Source: an uncultured virus (IMG/VR IMGVR_UViG_3300046808_001087)
Lineage: Duplodnaviria; Heunggongvirae; Uroviricota; Caudoviricetes
DNA length: 64,000 nt
Virus record (IMG/VR): IMGVR_UViG_3300046808_001087
Reading direction: 5' to 3' (one strand)
Below, one piece after another: positions 40,579-49,858 of this stretch. The notes beneath the pieces were generated by a model that was not told the origin of the DNA, did no database searches, and saw only the letters and a program-made list of their open reading frames with translations. How positions within the stretch are numbered: position 1 is the first letter of the stretch; each line of letters opens with the position of its first letter. Made by a program: the position numbers and the translations under genes.

Positions 40579-42465
40579 TTACGACTCTTTCTGTTGCAGG
40601 ACCTTGAGTTTTTCTGATATACTTTGTGTTAGTTGTTGTGTTATTGATTCTTTTCCTAAATTGAATTCTAACATCGCCATGTCATTATCTGTAAATCCTG
40701 GCCCTTTTTCAAATACTACTCTCAAAGGAGGTATTTCACCGAACTCCAATTTACCACTTGCCACTGTAGTCGAATTAGCAATATCGTTTGTACTTTTAAG
40801 TTGTAGTTTCTCGTTCGTAAACTCGGTCAAATTATAATTGGGGTTAGAATTTATATTTTCTAATAACGAACCGAATGCTGACGTGGATTCCGCATTGACA
40901 ACGAATTCTCCATTACTCAATAACGTTGGTATAGAGTCAGATGTCCCATTTCCTGGGCCACTTACATATCCGCCAGTAGAAAATCCTGTTGGGAGACTCA
41001 TACCATTTCTTTTTAATATTTCTTCGATTTTTTCTGTTAGTGGTTTGAAGGTCTCTTCCATAATATTTGCTAATTTTTGGAATATAGGTTTCACCTCTTC
41101 CAGAAATACTTTACCTTCATTGTTTACAAGAATCTTAGTCTGATTCACTAATTCACCTATACTCTTATCCGCAAGTTCTCTTACTTCCTGAATTGTTTGG
41201 TTCAAGGGTTCTTTTTCTGTAAAACTTCGTACACTCTGTACAGCAGTTTCTCTTACGTCATTTCCTTGTAAAAACTTTACAATCTTGTCAGAAGTCGCAA
41301 CACCCGCGATAAACTTATCTCTAGTTGAGATTAATTCACCCTCAATCAAACGTAATAAATCCAATTGAGCTCTTTGTAACTCTTCTAATGTTAAATCTTG
41401 TTGTTGTTTTTGAGCGTCAATTAATTCTTGTAGTTGGTCGTTCGTTGCCTCTTGTAAAAGTACTGTCTGATTTTTTCCTTTTTCGTCTTTTACAGTTACT
41501 TCGTATTCTCCACCAGCACCCATTTTTGCTATATTGGCAATATACATCTTATCCTCTTCTGTTTCGAACTCAAAAGATGGCGATATTTTAGATATTTTAT
41601 CATCTAAGTCTGCAGCATTCAATGCCATTTTAGATAACTCAGCACTACTCAATCCGGCTTGTGCACCAATTTCCCTCAACATTAACATTCCCTCAGGATT
41701 TATTTTAAAAGATTTTGACTTTTCATCGAAGAAAGTAAACTTTTTAGTCATCTCGATGATGCTATCTTGTAATCCTTCCGGGTCGTTTAATGATTTGTAC
41801 ATCAATTGGAATGGGTCGGTTAAATCTCCTACGGAAACTCCCAACCTTTGAAATGCAGATGCTAATTCTATCGCACCTTCAGGTGTCAATGCTTTTTCGG
41901 CGAGTGACAACGTTTGATTCATGTCAAACTTCAAAAGTTGTGCTTGGGTCGCCATTCTTGTCAAACCTAATACACCGTCCTGAAAATTATATTTGTTGAC
42001 GTTTTCTAAAATTCCATTAACTTGAGACATTATGTCTCTTGCGTTTCCACCTACACTTTGAATGTATTTTATAGACCCTTCTAATTGTGTACCTATTTGT
42101 GAGAATCCCACACCCACGTTTTGAAACTTATCAACTAAAGTTTGAGCATCAGTACCCGTTAATTTTTGTGCCGCAAATAATTTTGTTATTTCATCAGAGC
42201 TAGCGACTACATTCCTTCTTGTTGCCGCAGCTACACTATCTATAGTTCTTGATACATCTGCAGCGTTTCCACCTAACTTCGCTACCAAAGGAACTGAATC
42301 TCCAATAGCCTGACTAAACTCCGTAACCCTCTGCCTAGATTGTACGAACCTATAGTTCATTGCCTCTATACCATCACTTATATCTCTAATAACCTCTTTA
42401 ACTCTTTCTCCTGTTGGTATAATTTGTCCTAAAGGGGCCAAAAATTTCATTACTTCATCATACAT
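40579..42465 (-). CDS. Tape measure protein
   Basis: 628 aa, helical Ala/Gln/Leu-rich; GGYVSGPGNGTSDSIPTLLSNGEFVVNA motif typical of TMP C-termini; position after tube and chaperone genes. Confidence 0.75.
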   Translation of the reverse strand: MYDEVMKFLAPLGQIIPTGERVKEVIRDISDGIEAMNYRFVQSRQRVTEFSQAIGDSVPLVAKLGGNAADVSRTIDSVAAATRRNVVASSDEITKLFAAQKLTGTDAQTLVDKFQNVGVGFSQIGTQLEGSIKYIQSVGGNARDIMSQVNGILENVNKYNFQDGVLGLTRMATQAQLLKFDMNQTLSLAEKALTPEGAIELASAFQRLGVSVGDLTDPFQLMYKSLNDPEGLQDSIIEMTKKFTFFDEKSKSFKINPEGMLMLREIGAQAGLSSAELSKMALNAADLDDKISKISPSFEFETEEDKMYIANIAKMGAGGEYEVTVKDEKGKNQTVLLQEATNDQLQELIDAQKQQQDLTLEELQRAQLDLLRLIEGELISTRDKFIAGVATSDKIVKFLQGNDVRETAVQSVRSFTEKEPLNQTIQEVRELADKSIGELVNQTKILVNNEGKVFLEEVKPIFQKLANIMEETFKPLTEKIEEILKRNGMSLPTGFSTGGYVSGPGNGTSDSIPTLLSNGEFVVNAESTSAFGSLLENINSNPNYNLTEFTNEKLQLKSTNDIANSTTVASGKLEFGEIPPLRVVFEKGPGFTDNDMAMLEFNLGKESITQQLTQSISEKLKVLQQKES

Positions 42466-42492
42466 CGGAAAATACTTATTTCATATAAATAG

Positions 42493-42520
42493 AATAAGGG
42501 TTGAAAATTCAACCCTTATT
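42493..42520. terminator. 13-bp perfect inverted repeat overlapping the stop of the chaperone extension ORF
   Basis: aataagggttgaa-aa-ttcaacccttatt. Confidence 0.55.
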
Positions 42521-42667
42521 GTTTAGTTCAAACCATTTTTCTAAAAGGTATTTCCTAACGAAAATTGGCATTTTTTCAAAATCAGACCAACTAACTTTCA
42601 TTAAAGTTGACAGATAATAAAATTCATCTATTTGTCCCTTCCTATAATCAGAAGAAAGGGCGAAAAA
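42509..42667 (-). CDS. Tail-assembly chaperone C-terminal extension (gp51/GT-like), probably reached by frameshift
   Basis: FFALSSDYRKGQIDEFYYLSTLMKVSWSDFEKMPIFVRKYLLEKW in the +1 frame, overlapping the end of the 247-aa ORF; S..D...MP...R chaperone-type motif. Confidence 0.6.
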   Translation of the reverse strand, partial: FFALSSDYRKGQIDEFYYLSTLMKVSWSDFEKMPIFVRKYLLEKWFELNNKG

Positions 42668-43391
42668 AGTCCACCCCAAAACCAACATTAACTTGTAGTT
42701 TTTCTCCTGATGGGGTAGTAACATATTTAGTCATATCTAACTTTGGTTCATTCTCCGTTAAGAATTTTTGTATGTACTTTGAGTCCATTATTGGCATTTG
42801 TTCCACAAATTTAGCAATTTCTGCTTTATCAGAGTTGCCATTCAATTCAACTATTTGTTTTTGTAATCTTAAAGTAACTTTTGGAAAAACCCTGCCTTGT
42901 GGATATGATTGACTCAACCTATTGATATCTACAACATCACCATAGGTCAACAATTTTAACTTCACTGTAGATTGAGACTTTGGTAGTACTGTTGTGAAAG
43001 TTCCATCTTCTGAAGGTTCTTGTCCCTTAATAATCGGTAAAGTATCTAGTTTGACTGTGGACTTGAATTGGTTAGACGTTTTTGGGTCTGTAAGTGTTAT
43101 TTCCATGTCAGGTCCAAAAGCTGTGTTTCTTAAAAAAACTAAAATAGCTTCCACATCACCTTCTAACAAATCTTCAATCCTAATATCGGGTTCATAAATT
43201 TTATTCCTTAACAACGTGAGAGTTATATCACTACCACCCGCTAAAAGTATATTTTCATCTGAAGCGGTTAAATAACCAACTTTCAATGATTTCTTTTTAT
43301 TTTTATAAAAAACACCGTCTGAAGGCAAAGGAACCACATCGTGAGGTAATGTCAGATTTTGTTGTGAATATATTCTTGTTTGTTCGTCCAT
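42648..43391 (-). CDS. Tail/baseplate-hub assembly chaperone (T4 gp26-like)
   Basis: VPLPSDGVFY, LTASDENIL, LLEGDVEAILVFLRNTAFG, C-terminal DFFRP; lies between tube and TMP genes. Confidence 0.75.
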   Translation of the reverse strand: MDEQTRIYSQQNLTLPHDVVPLPSDGVFYKNKKKSLKVGYLTASDENILLAGGSDITLTLLRNKIYEPDIRIEDLLEGDVEAILVFLRNTAFGPDMEITLTDPKTSNQFKSTVKLDTLPIIKGQEPSEDGTFTTVLPKSQSTVKLKLLTYGDVVDINRLSQSYPQGRVFPKVTLRLQKQIVELNGNSDKAEIAKFVEQMPIMDSKYIQKFLTENEPKLDMTKYVTTPSGEKLQVNVGFGVDFFRPFF

Positions 43392-43400
43392 ATAAAAAAA

Positions 43401-43431
43401 TTAACCCTAAAGTTTATTGCTTTAGGGTTAA
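43401..43431 (-). terminator. Intrinsic terminator/attenuator after the tail tube gene
   Basis: ttaaccctaaag-N7-ctttagggttaa 12-bp stem followed by T7 on the minus strand. Confidence 0.7.
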
Positions 43432-43463
43432 AGATAAGTAAAAATAATTTAATATAAATATTA

Positions 43464-43952
43464 TTAGTAAACCAACACACATCTATCCATTCTCATTGTC
43501 GCACTGATTGTGGATAAACCGTCTTGTCCATAGTTCAATACTCCAAAATCAACACCAGTTAAGAATGTTCCGTACAAAATCCATTTTTCTACAACAACTC
43601 CTGTAGGGTCCAACATTTCAACGTCGATATCTTTTTTGTATCCCGCCGCATAACCCATACGACCTGTAACAGATTCTGCATGTAAACGTACCCACTCCAT
43701 AAGAGCCTGAGCCGCTGATGGTCCAATTGGGTCTCTAAATACAACAGGTAATGCATCCCAATTGAATCTTCCCGCAACGAATGTAGATGTATTTAAGAAT
43801 GGAATTTCAACATCTTTTATTTTAATGCTCGGTCTTTTAGAACTCTCTACAAACCACTCATTTATACCTAATGTACTAGGAAACCTTACAATGAAACGAT
43901 TTTGTCTTTTCGGTTCGTAAGGTAGAGGCATTTTCATTAATAAATCAGCCAT
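43464..43952 (-). CDS. Tail tube protein (T4 gp19-like)
   Basis: YEPKRQNRF, AGRFNW, ALMEW, YKKDI...LDPTGVVVEKWIL.G.F. Confidence 0.9.
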   Translation of the reverse strand: MADLLMKMPLPYEPKRQNRFIVRFPSTLGINEWFVESSKRPSIKIKDVEIPFLNTSTFVAGRFNWDALPVVFRDPIGPSAAQALMEWVRLHAESVTGRMGYAAGYKKDIDVEMLDPTGVVVEKWILYGTFLTGVDFGVLNYGQDGLSTISATMRMDRCVLVY

Positions 43953-44047
43953 ATAATAATTTTTTAATTTCTTTGTTTATATGTTATAAATATAATCAGT
44001 TTAAAAATTTTTCTATTTACTTTAGTTTTTGAAAAAATTAATATTAA

Positions 44048-44872
44048 TTATACTTCTTTTTTAATTCCAGTTGCAGTAGAAAATGTCTTTACTAGTTTTT
44101 CTGGTTTATCTTCAAAATGCTTCTTCATTACTTCTACATTTCTAGGGTCATCATCTGAGAATCCAATCATAGGTTTACTAGGTACAAATTTGTTAGCAAT
44201 ATCTTTTTTAAGATAAGCCTTTTTATTAAGTACCGCAGCCATACCCTTAATATAAGATACAAAATCATCCATAGCCATAACCTTTAATTCTTCAGGACTT
44301 TCCGCCCCTCCTTGTCCAAATGTTACAGGATGATATTTGTTCAATTCTAAATAACTCTTAATTATTTCATTGTCAGACATATCTTCTTCGTCCACAAAAG
44401 TTCTGTACTTCCTCAAATTTTTCAGTAATTGTTCTTTGTCTATTCCATTAAAACCACTTACAATATAATTGTATATTGCTTGTTTTATTGTGTTCGGATT
44501 GTGTCCTCGAGCGGTTATAATTGCAAAAATTGACCCGTTGTTTAATGCTTCTCTGAAGTCATCAAATGCCGGACCCACCTTGGCTTTCATTGAATCAATA
44601 ATAAATTGTTTGTCTCCTTCTGTTCTGAAGTTTCTAAATGCGTTGTCCGCAAACCCAACAATTTTTTCACCGTTATATTCTATCGGTTTTTTTCCGATGT
44701 CATGTCTGTACTTTGCAAAATCGTCAGTACTCATACCAACCTCATCACCATTTTCATTTTTCAACATGATTTTTGTTGGCATATGTACAATATTGTCATC
44801 CCAATCAAAAGCATAATACTTCATATTTGGGGTTGTATCGTCTTTGAAAGATTCTTTAATAATGTAAATCAT
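44048..44872 (-). CDS. HAD-superfamily phosphatase-like protein
   Basis: AFDWDDN (motif I), ITARG (II), K (III), GFSDDD (IV). Confidence 0.75.
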   Translation of the reverse strand: MIYIIKESFKDDTTPNMKYYAFDWDDNIVHMPTKIMLKNENGDEVGMSTDDFAKYRHDIGKKPIEYNGEKIVGFADNAFRNFRTEGDKQFIIDSMKAKVGPAFDDFREALNNGSIFAIITARGHNPNTIKQAIYNYIVSGFNGIDKEQLLKNLRKYRTFVDEEDMSDNEIIKSYLELNKYHPVTFGQGGAESPEELKVMAMDDFVSYIKGMAAVLNKKAYLKKDIANKFVPSKPMIGFSDDDPRNVEVMKKHFEDKPEKLVKTFSTATGIKKEV

Positions 44873-44895
44873 ATGATATAAATATTCGTTATTAA

Positions 44896-45264
44896 TTATT
44901 CTACCTCTTTTGCGTATAAGTCAAATGTATAATTAACCCATTTTAGGAATGGTTCTTTCCATAAGTCACCAAACAAATCATTGAATGTGTCTATTATGTC
45001 ATAATCTAATGATATAAGAGGACATCTTGTTTTTATTTGTGCCTGAGGTTCAAAATAATCACATTTGTAATATCTAAAAATTTCAGAGTCATCGAGTTCA
45101 ACATCACCAACATAAAAGATAGCTCTGTTTAAATCTTCGTACTCATCACCATCTTCAGTCTCTTCGACTGGATGGTAATATTTTATCTCATCAACATTTA
45201 TATATTGATTGAACAGTTTAATCATCGCATCATTTAATCTAGACTCTGAAATAATATACCTCAT
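44896..45264 (-). CDS. Hypothetical acidic protein with MRYIISES leader
   Basis: 122 aa; TATTTATT 4 nt upstream. Confidence 0.7.
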   Translation of the reverse strand: MRYIISESRLNDAMIKLFNQYINVDEIKYYHPVEETEDGDEYEDLNRAIFYVGDVELDDSEIFRYYKCDYFEPQAQIKTRCPLISLDYDIIDTFNDLFGDLWKEPFLKWVNYTFDLYAKEVE

Positions 45265-45286
45265 GTAGAATAAATATTACATAAAA

Positions 45287-45314
45287 TAAAACCCCTCACT
45301 ATGGAGGGGTTTTA
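45287..45314 (-). terminator. Intrinsic terminator after the tail sheath gene
   Basis: taaaacccctc-actatg-gaggggtttta. Confidence 0.8.
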
Positions 45315-45332
45315 ATATAATCTAAGTTATTG

Positions 45333-48300
45333 TTAGATATTTTCAAACGAAGCACCTGTTGGTGTAATCAAGAACTCAATCTCAATGAATTCAAGTGCCT
45401 TTGTTGGTTTTAGGTAGATTCTACCTGTAAGTGTGTTTCTATCCAAATCTTCAGGTGAAGAAGAAACTGTTACTCTGAAGTCATAAAGACCTCTGTCTCT
45501 TCTGATTGAATCAAGGATTGGGTTAACACTATCCAGGAACTGTTGTCTAACGATTTGGTCGTTTTGTTCGAACAACAATCTTACAGCTACCGCTGAAATC
45601 AACTTACGAGCCTGAAGTAGTAATCTTCTAACATTCAATCTGTTAAGTGCTGAGTCGGCAACTTGTAGAGTTTTATTACCCCAAATTACAGTTCCAACAT
45701 CAGAGAAAGTTGCGATTGGGTTGATTCTTCCTTGGTATAGAATATCTCTACCTTCTTGTGTTAGTTTAACTCTTGCTTTAACAGAATTTACAAGACCTCT
45801 TGTGTAACCCGCTGATGCGAACCAAGGGAATGCAATGTTATCTGTAAGTGCTAAGTTTCTACAAACCTCACCTGTTGGTGGAAGATATAATTGTGTATTG
45901 TTTACAGTATCTCTAACCAAAATCCATGGATAGTAAGTTGCCGTATAGTTTGAATCGATACCTGTATTATCCAAGTTATCAACTGCTTCTTGTGGTTGAA
46001 TTATTAATTCAGGGTCAGTTGAGTCTGGTTGATACATTGGGTAGTCAGGTGTTGTTGCGATATAAACTGAGTCAGCTCTTGAGAATTGTACCATGTTAAC
46101 CGCTTGTTCAACAAGACTATTGTTATTAACATAGTCGATACTCGATGTTGCGAAAACATTGATGTTTGTCGATTCAGGATTAGAGAATGATAGAATACCC
46201 AATAAGTAAGCGTAGTAATCAGTGTTTGCAAAGTCTTGTGTGTTTTTAGCCACAACAATTCTTTTAAACATACCTTGACCCGAAGCGGTTGGGTATCTTG
46301 TTGATGGTGCCGCACCTGCCAAATAACCAGCTGCTCCAAGTCTATACCTATCTTCATTTGTTCTATACTCTCTGTAGATATCCCATCCGTCAAATCCACC
46401 TGCGAAACATACAGTGTACTTTCTTGAGTAGATATAATAGTATGGGTTTTCTTGAGTATCAGGTTCTGCTCTAAAATCAGCATCACCACATTGGAATGCC
46501 GGAGTTCCGCTAGTTACATATTCTGAACCTATAGTGACAACTGTTGCACCTGAGTCCATGTGGAAACCTTGTGTTAAGTAGTTCCATGGAGTTGAGTCGT
46601 AAGCAACTCCCCAAGTTGCTGCTGAAGGATTTTGTTTACCTTTATATTGTAAGAACGATTCATCAACACCGATTGTTGTGGAGAAACCTAAATATGTTCT
46701 TCTAATATTATCACCTGGTGAATCGTTAACACTAGCACCATATGCAGTAATACCGAAAGGTGGATTAAATACTGGTTCACCAGGATAATCGTATTTTGTT
46801 TTATATACTGGAACAGGAGATGGGTTAGTTGTTGTATCATAAATTCTTTGGTCATAACCATAAAATCCACAAGGTAAAGCATCAATTGGAGCTTCTTTTG
46901 AAACTTCTACCATAATGTATTTTGAAAGTAACGGATACTCCCCATCGAACGAACCTATCTTCTTACCAACAAAACTGTTAGATGCTGGGTCCATAGTACA
47001 ATTTGTGTACTTTTCAATAACAACAGGATTTTGGTCAGTATCAAAGAAACTTCTAACTAATACATCGAAAGATAAATTAGCAAAAGAAATGTTTGCAATT
47101 GAAACTTTTATTTCGGTGTTTGCCGAAGTACCGTCAGAGATAGAAATGAATCTGAATAACTTGTAAACTTTATTACCTCTCAATTCTGAAACTATAAACG
47201 GAGACTGTGGTGTTGTGTATTTTTCTAAATTCCATGCAATTGAATCTGAACTGTAAGAACTTGCGGCAGGTAACGCAATCAAATCACAACTCAAACCACG
47301 AATATATCCTTTGTCATACAAATAATCTAAAGCCACAGGATAAATCTCCTCAACAAAAACAGGAACTTCATTTCTTGCTTTACCGAAGTTATCAAATCCT
47401 AATACTTTAGGTAAGAACTTACTACTAACACTCGATAGTGATGTTTCAAAAGAGAAATTATCGCCGTCTTTAGTTACACCTGATAGTAAGAATGTTGAAT
47501 ATGGATTGGTTGAAACTCCTGAATAAGAACCTGTACAAACCATGTTCAAATCTGTAGTTGCAGAAACCTCGTATTGAGGACCGTGGTTTGAACTGTCGTA
47601 CAAAGAAATACCTCTTGAACGTAATGTTGCAACAACCAAGTTGTTATATTCTGAATAAGCAGAAGCTGAATAAGTGTAAACATTACCCGATAAAGTACCT
47701 GAGTATGTGTCTGAAGCACCAGTTGTAAAACTAGAAACAATATAGTCAAAAGAAAAACCTGAATAGTCGTTTCCACTATAGTTTGCAAAGTTAGAATACA
47801 TCCAAGCGGAGTTATCACTGTCTACTAAGTCATTATCAGAAAAGTTTAAAGAATTTACACCAAACACGTTATTCAAAGTTGTGTATAGTCCTGATAAACT
47901 TGTGTAGTCCGCTGAAGGTATAGAACCATAAACAATTGCGGTTGTACCTGTTGATGATGGTGTTGTTGCAAAACTATCGAGAATATTTGTGAAGTCTTCG
48001 TTGAATGTTGAAGTGCTTCCGTCACCTAATCTATACTGCGTGTTTAAAAGATTATTAACTTCATCAGGTAATGTTCCTATCAAAGTTACAGTATCTGCTG
48101 AAGCAACACCAGAAAAATCAATTGTCCATGGAGTTGCGGTTAAAGGATTTAAACCTACTGTATCAGGGTTAACATTTGCAGTTACTTTCAAAGTCCAAGA
48201 AGGACCCGCATCATAACCAGACAAACCTAAAACTCTTGTTACGAAAAGTTGGTTGGACTGCTGTAAATATGATTTTGCAATATATGCTGCTTCATATTTT

Positions 48301-48527
48301 GGTATCTGTGTATTTACAAATTTTGTTGGTTCCGAACCTCCGAAGAAGGCTTGAAACTCATCGTAGTTTGTTATGAAAATAGGTTCGAATGCTGGACCCT
48401 TAAGAGTCTCACCAACCAAACCAAGTGTAGTTACACCCACACTCTGAGCCACAAAAGACAAATCTGTTTCTGAGGTATAAACACCTGGAGAAACAAACAC
48501 TTTCTGATTAGTTTGTACTGTTGCCAT
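45333..48527 (-). CDS. Contractile tail sheath protein (T4 gp18-like)
   Basis: FVSPGVYTSETDLS, GETLKGPAFEP, YYPW, PWFASAGYTRG, INPI, WGNKTLQ, LNVRRL, FEQND, EFIEIEF. Confidence 0.96.
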   Translation of the reverse strand: MATVQTNQKVFVSPGVYTSETDLSFVAQSVGVTTLGLVGETLKGPAFEPIFITNYDEFQAFFGGSEPTKFVNTQIPKYEAAYIAKSYLQQSNQLFVTRVLGLSGYDAGPSWTLKVTANVNPDTVGLNPLTATPWTIDFSGVASADTVTLIGTLPDEVNNLLNTQYRLGDGSTSTFNEDFTNILDSFATTPSSTGTTAIVYGSIPSADYTSLSGLYTTLNNVFGVNSLNFSDNDLVDSDNSAWMYSNFANYSGNDYSGFSFDYIVSSFTTGASDTYSGTLSGNVYTYSASAYSEYNNLVVATLRSRGISLYDSSNHGPQYEVSATTDLNMVCTGSYSGVSTNPYSTFLLSGVTKDGDNFSFETSLSSVSSKFLPKVLGFDNFGKARNEVPVFVEEIYPVALDYLYDKGYIRGLSCDLIALPAASSYSSDSIAWNLEKYTTPQSPFIVSELRGNKVYKLFRFISISDGTSANTEIKVSIANISFANLSFDVLVRSFFDTDQNPVVIEKYTNCTMDPASNSFVGKKIGSFDGEYPLLSKYIMVEVSKEAPIDALPCGFYGYDQRIYDTTTNPSPVPVYKTKYDYPGEPVFNPPFGITAYGASVNDSPGDNIRRTYLGFSTTIGVDESFLQYKGKQNPSAATWGVAYDSTPWNYLTQGFHMDSGATVVTIGSEYVTSGTPAFQCGDADFRAEPDTQENPYYYIYSRKYTVCFAGGFDGWDIYREYRTNEDRYRLGAAGYLAGAAPSTRYPTASGQGMFKRIVVAKNTQDFANTDYYAYLLGILSFSNPESTNINVFATSSIDYVNNNSLVEQAVNMVQFSRADSVYIATTPDYPMYQPDSTDPELIIQPQEAVDNLDNTGIDSNYTATYYPWILVRDTVNNTQLYLPPTGEVCRNLALTDNIAFPWFASAGYTRGLVNSVKARVKLTQEGRDILYQGRINPIATFSDVGTVIWGNKTLQVADSALNRLNVRRLLLQARKLISAVAVRLLFEQNDQIVRQQFLDSVNPILDSIRRDRGLYDFRVTVSSSPEDLDRNTLTGRIYLKPTKALEFIEIEFLITPTGASFENI

Positions 48528-48649
48528 TATTTATTGGTTTCTAAAAAGATTTATTTTTATTCATAAATATTAGAGAACAAATGAAAAAACTTTACTTTTC
48601 ATAATCTATTTGTATTTAGTATGAATAAATTCTGCCTTTTTTATCTTTT

Positions 48650-48817
48650 ATGTCTAAACTATATGAGAGCAAAATAAAAAACATTAAAATATCTGAAGAT
48701 GTACACAAAGTATTAAAAAAATACTGTGACAAAAAGGGTATTAAAATTTACAAGTTTTTGGAACAAATGATTCTAGAAAAATGTAAAGAAAAGAAGGATA
48801 TCTATGGTGAGGACTAA
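48650..48817 (+). CDS. Ribbon-helix-helix DNA-binding protein (55 aa); not in ORF track
   Basis: MSKLYESKIKNIKISEDVHKVLKKYCDKKGIKIYKFLEQMILEKCKEKKDIYGED; alternating KNIKI strand, helix, G turn, helix; divergent from the sheath gene. Confidence 0.8.
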   Translation: MSKLYESKIKNIKISEDVHKVLKKYCDKKGIKIYKFLEQMILEKCKEKKDIYGED

Positions 48818-49857
48818 AGTAACTTGTTTGTAAAAAGTATTTTAGATTCGAGTAAGTTATCTGTCTTAACAACCTCAACCCTCAGTACATCATTTGTGTT
48901 AATTAAGATTTCGTTCACATCCGTTCCGTAATATTGATTGTTGATGTAAACATCATAACTTGTTACGTTTTCTGTGGAATCCACTGTCATGTTCACCATA
49001 TAATCCATAATATCACTTAAGACAGTGTTTCCTGTGACAAACAAAAATTCTTGTGTAAATAAATCAGGATTCTTGGGGTACGTTTGATTTTTCTTTCCCA
49101 CAGGTGTATAACCTTCCACCTCCATTACTTGTAGTATTCTTGATATTGCAGGTTTAACCTCGAATTCATCTTCGTCGATAAGGTAACCAAGCATGATGAA
49201 TTCATAGTTTTGAACATAATACTTTCTCTTTTCCAAATCGGTTATACTTTCATCACTTAAACTTTGCATAACAATCGGGACATACTGTCCCTTGATAAAA
49301 GTATATGCTTGCCTTGAAGAAAATTTTTGTAGAATAATTTTATTGAACTGATTCAATTCTCTCATCCTGTTACAAACAATTCTAACATTGTAAGTTATGT
49401 CCACAGGAACAGGTTGGGGGATTTTATAAATGTCCATGCCTTCTTGGTTACCATTCCAAGTAGGAACTGATGCATAATAGAATTCTTTTCTATTTGGAAT
49501 ATTCCACCTTAAAGATGGGTTTGTACCATACTTTACTTCAGGTTGTCTAACAACAGAAATAAAAGGAACTTGAGGATTGAAATCTTGGTCCACAAAAGTC
49601 CAAGTTTCCGCAAACTGAGCCCAATTTTGAGTTGTAATGATTGTATCAATCATTGGTACAATCTTCCCTGAAGTAACTAACTGTAAATCTGTTTTGACAA
49701 AATCTAACATACCCCTATCCAAATCAGCATGTAATACAGATTTAGGAAGATATGTACCATCCTTATTAATATAGTCCTTAAGTTGTTCCCTTCTGGCAAA
49801 CAAAGTCTTATCGGGAACTAACGGTAATGATTTTTTTATTTGTATAGGGAACGCCAT
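48814..49857 (-). CDS. Tail completion/terminator protein (T4 gp15-like)
   Basis: PFISVVR, PQPVPVDITYNV...ELNQFNKII; lies between neck and sheath genes. Confidence 0.65.
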   Translation of the reverse strand: MAFPIQIKKSLPLVPDKTLFARREQLKDYINKDGTYLPKSVLHADLDRGMLDFVKTDLQLVTSGKIVPMIDTIITTQNWAQFAETWTFVDQDFNPQVPFISVVRQPEVKYGTNPSLRWNIPNRKEFYYASVPTWNGNQEGMDIYKIPQPVPVDITYNVRIVCNRMRELNQFNKIILQKFSSRQAYTFIKGQYVPIVMQSLSDESITDLEKRKYYVQNYEFIMLGYLIDEDEFEVKPAISRILQVMEVEGYTPVGKKNQTYPKNPDLFTQEFLFVTGNTVLSDIMDYMVNMTVDSTENVTSYDVYINNQYYGTDVNEILINTNDVLRVEVVKTDNLLESKILFTNKLL

Positions 49858-49858
49858 T

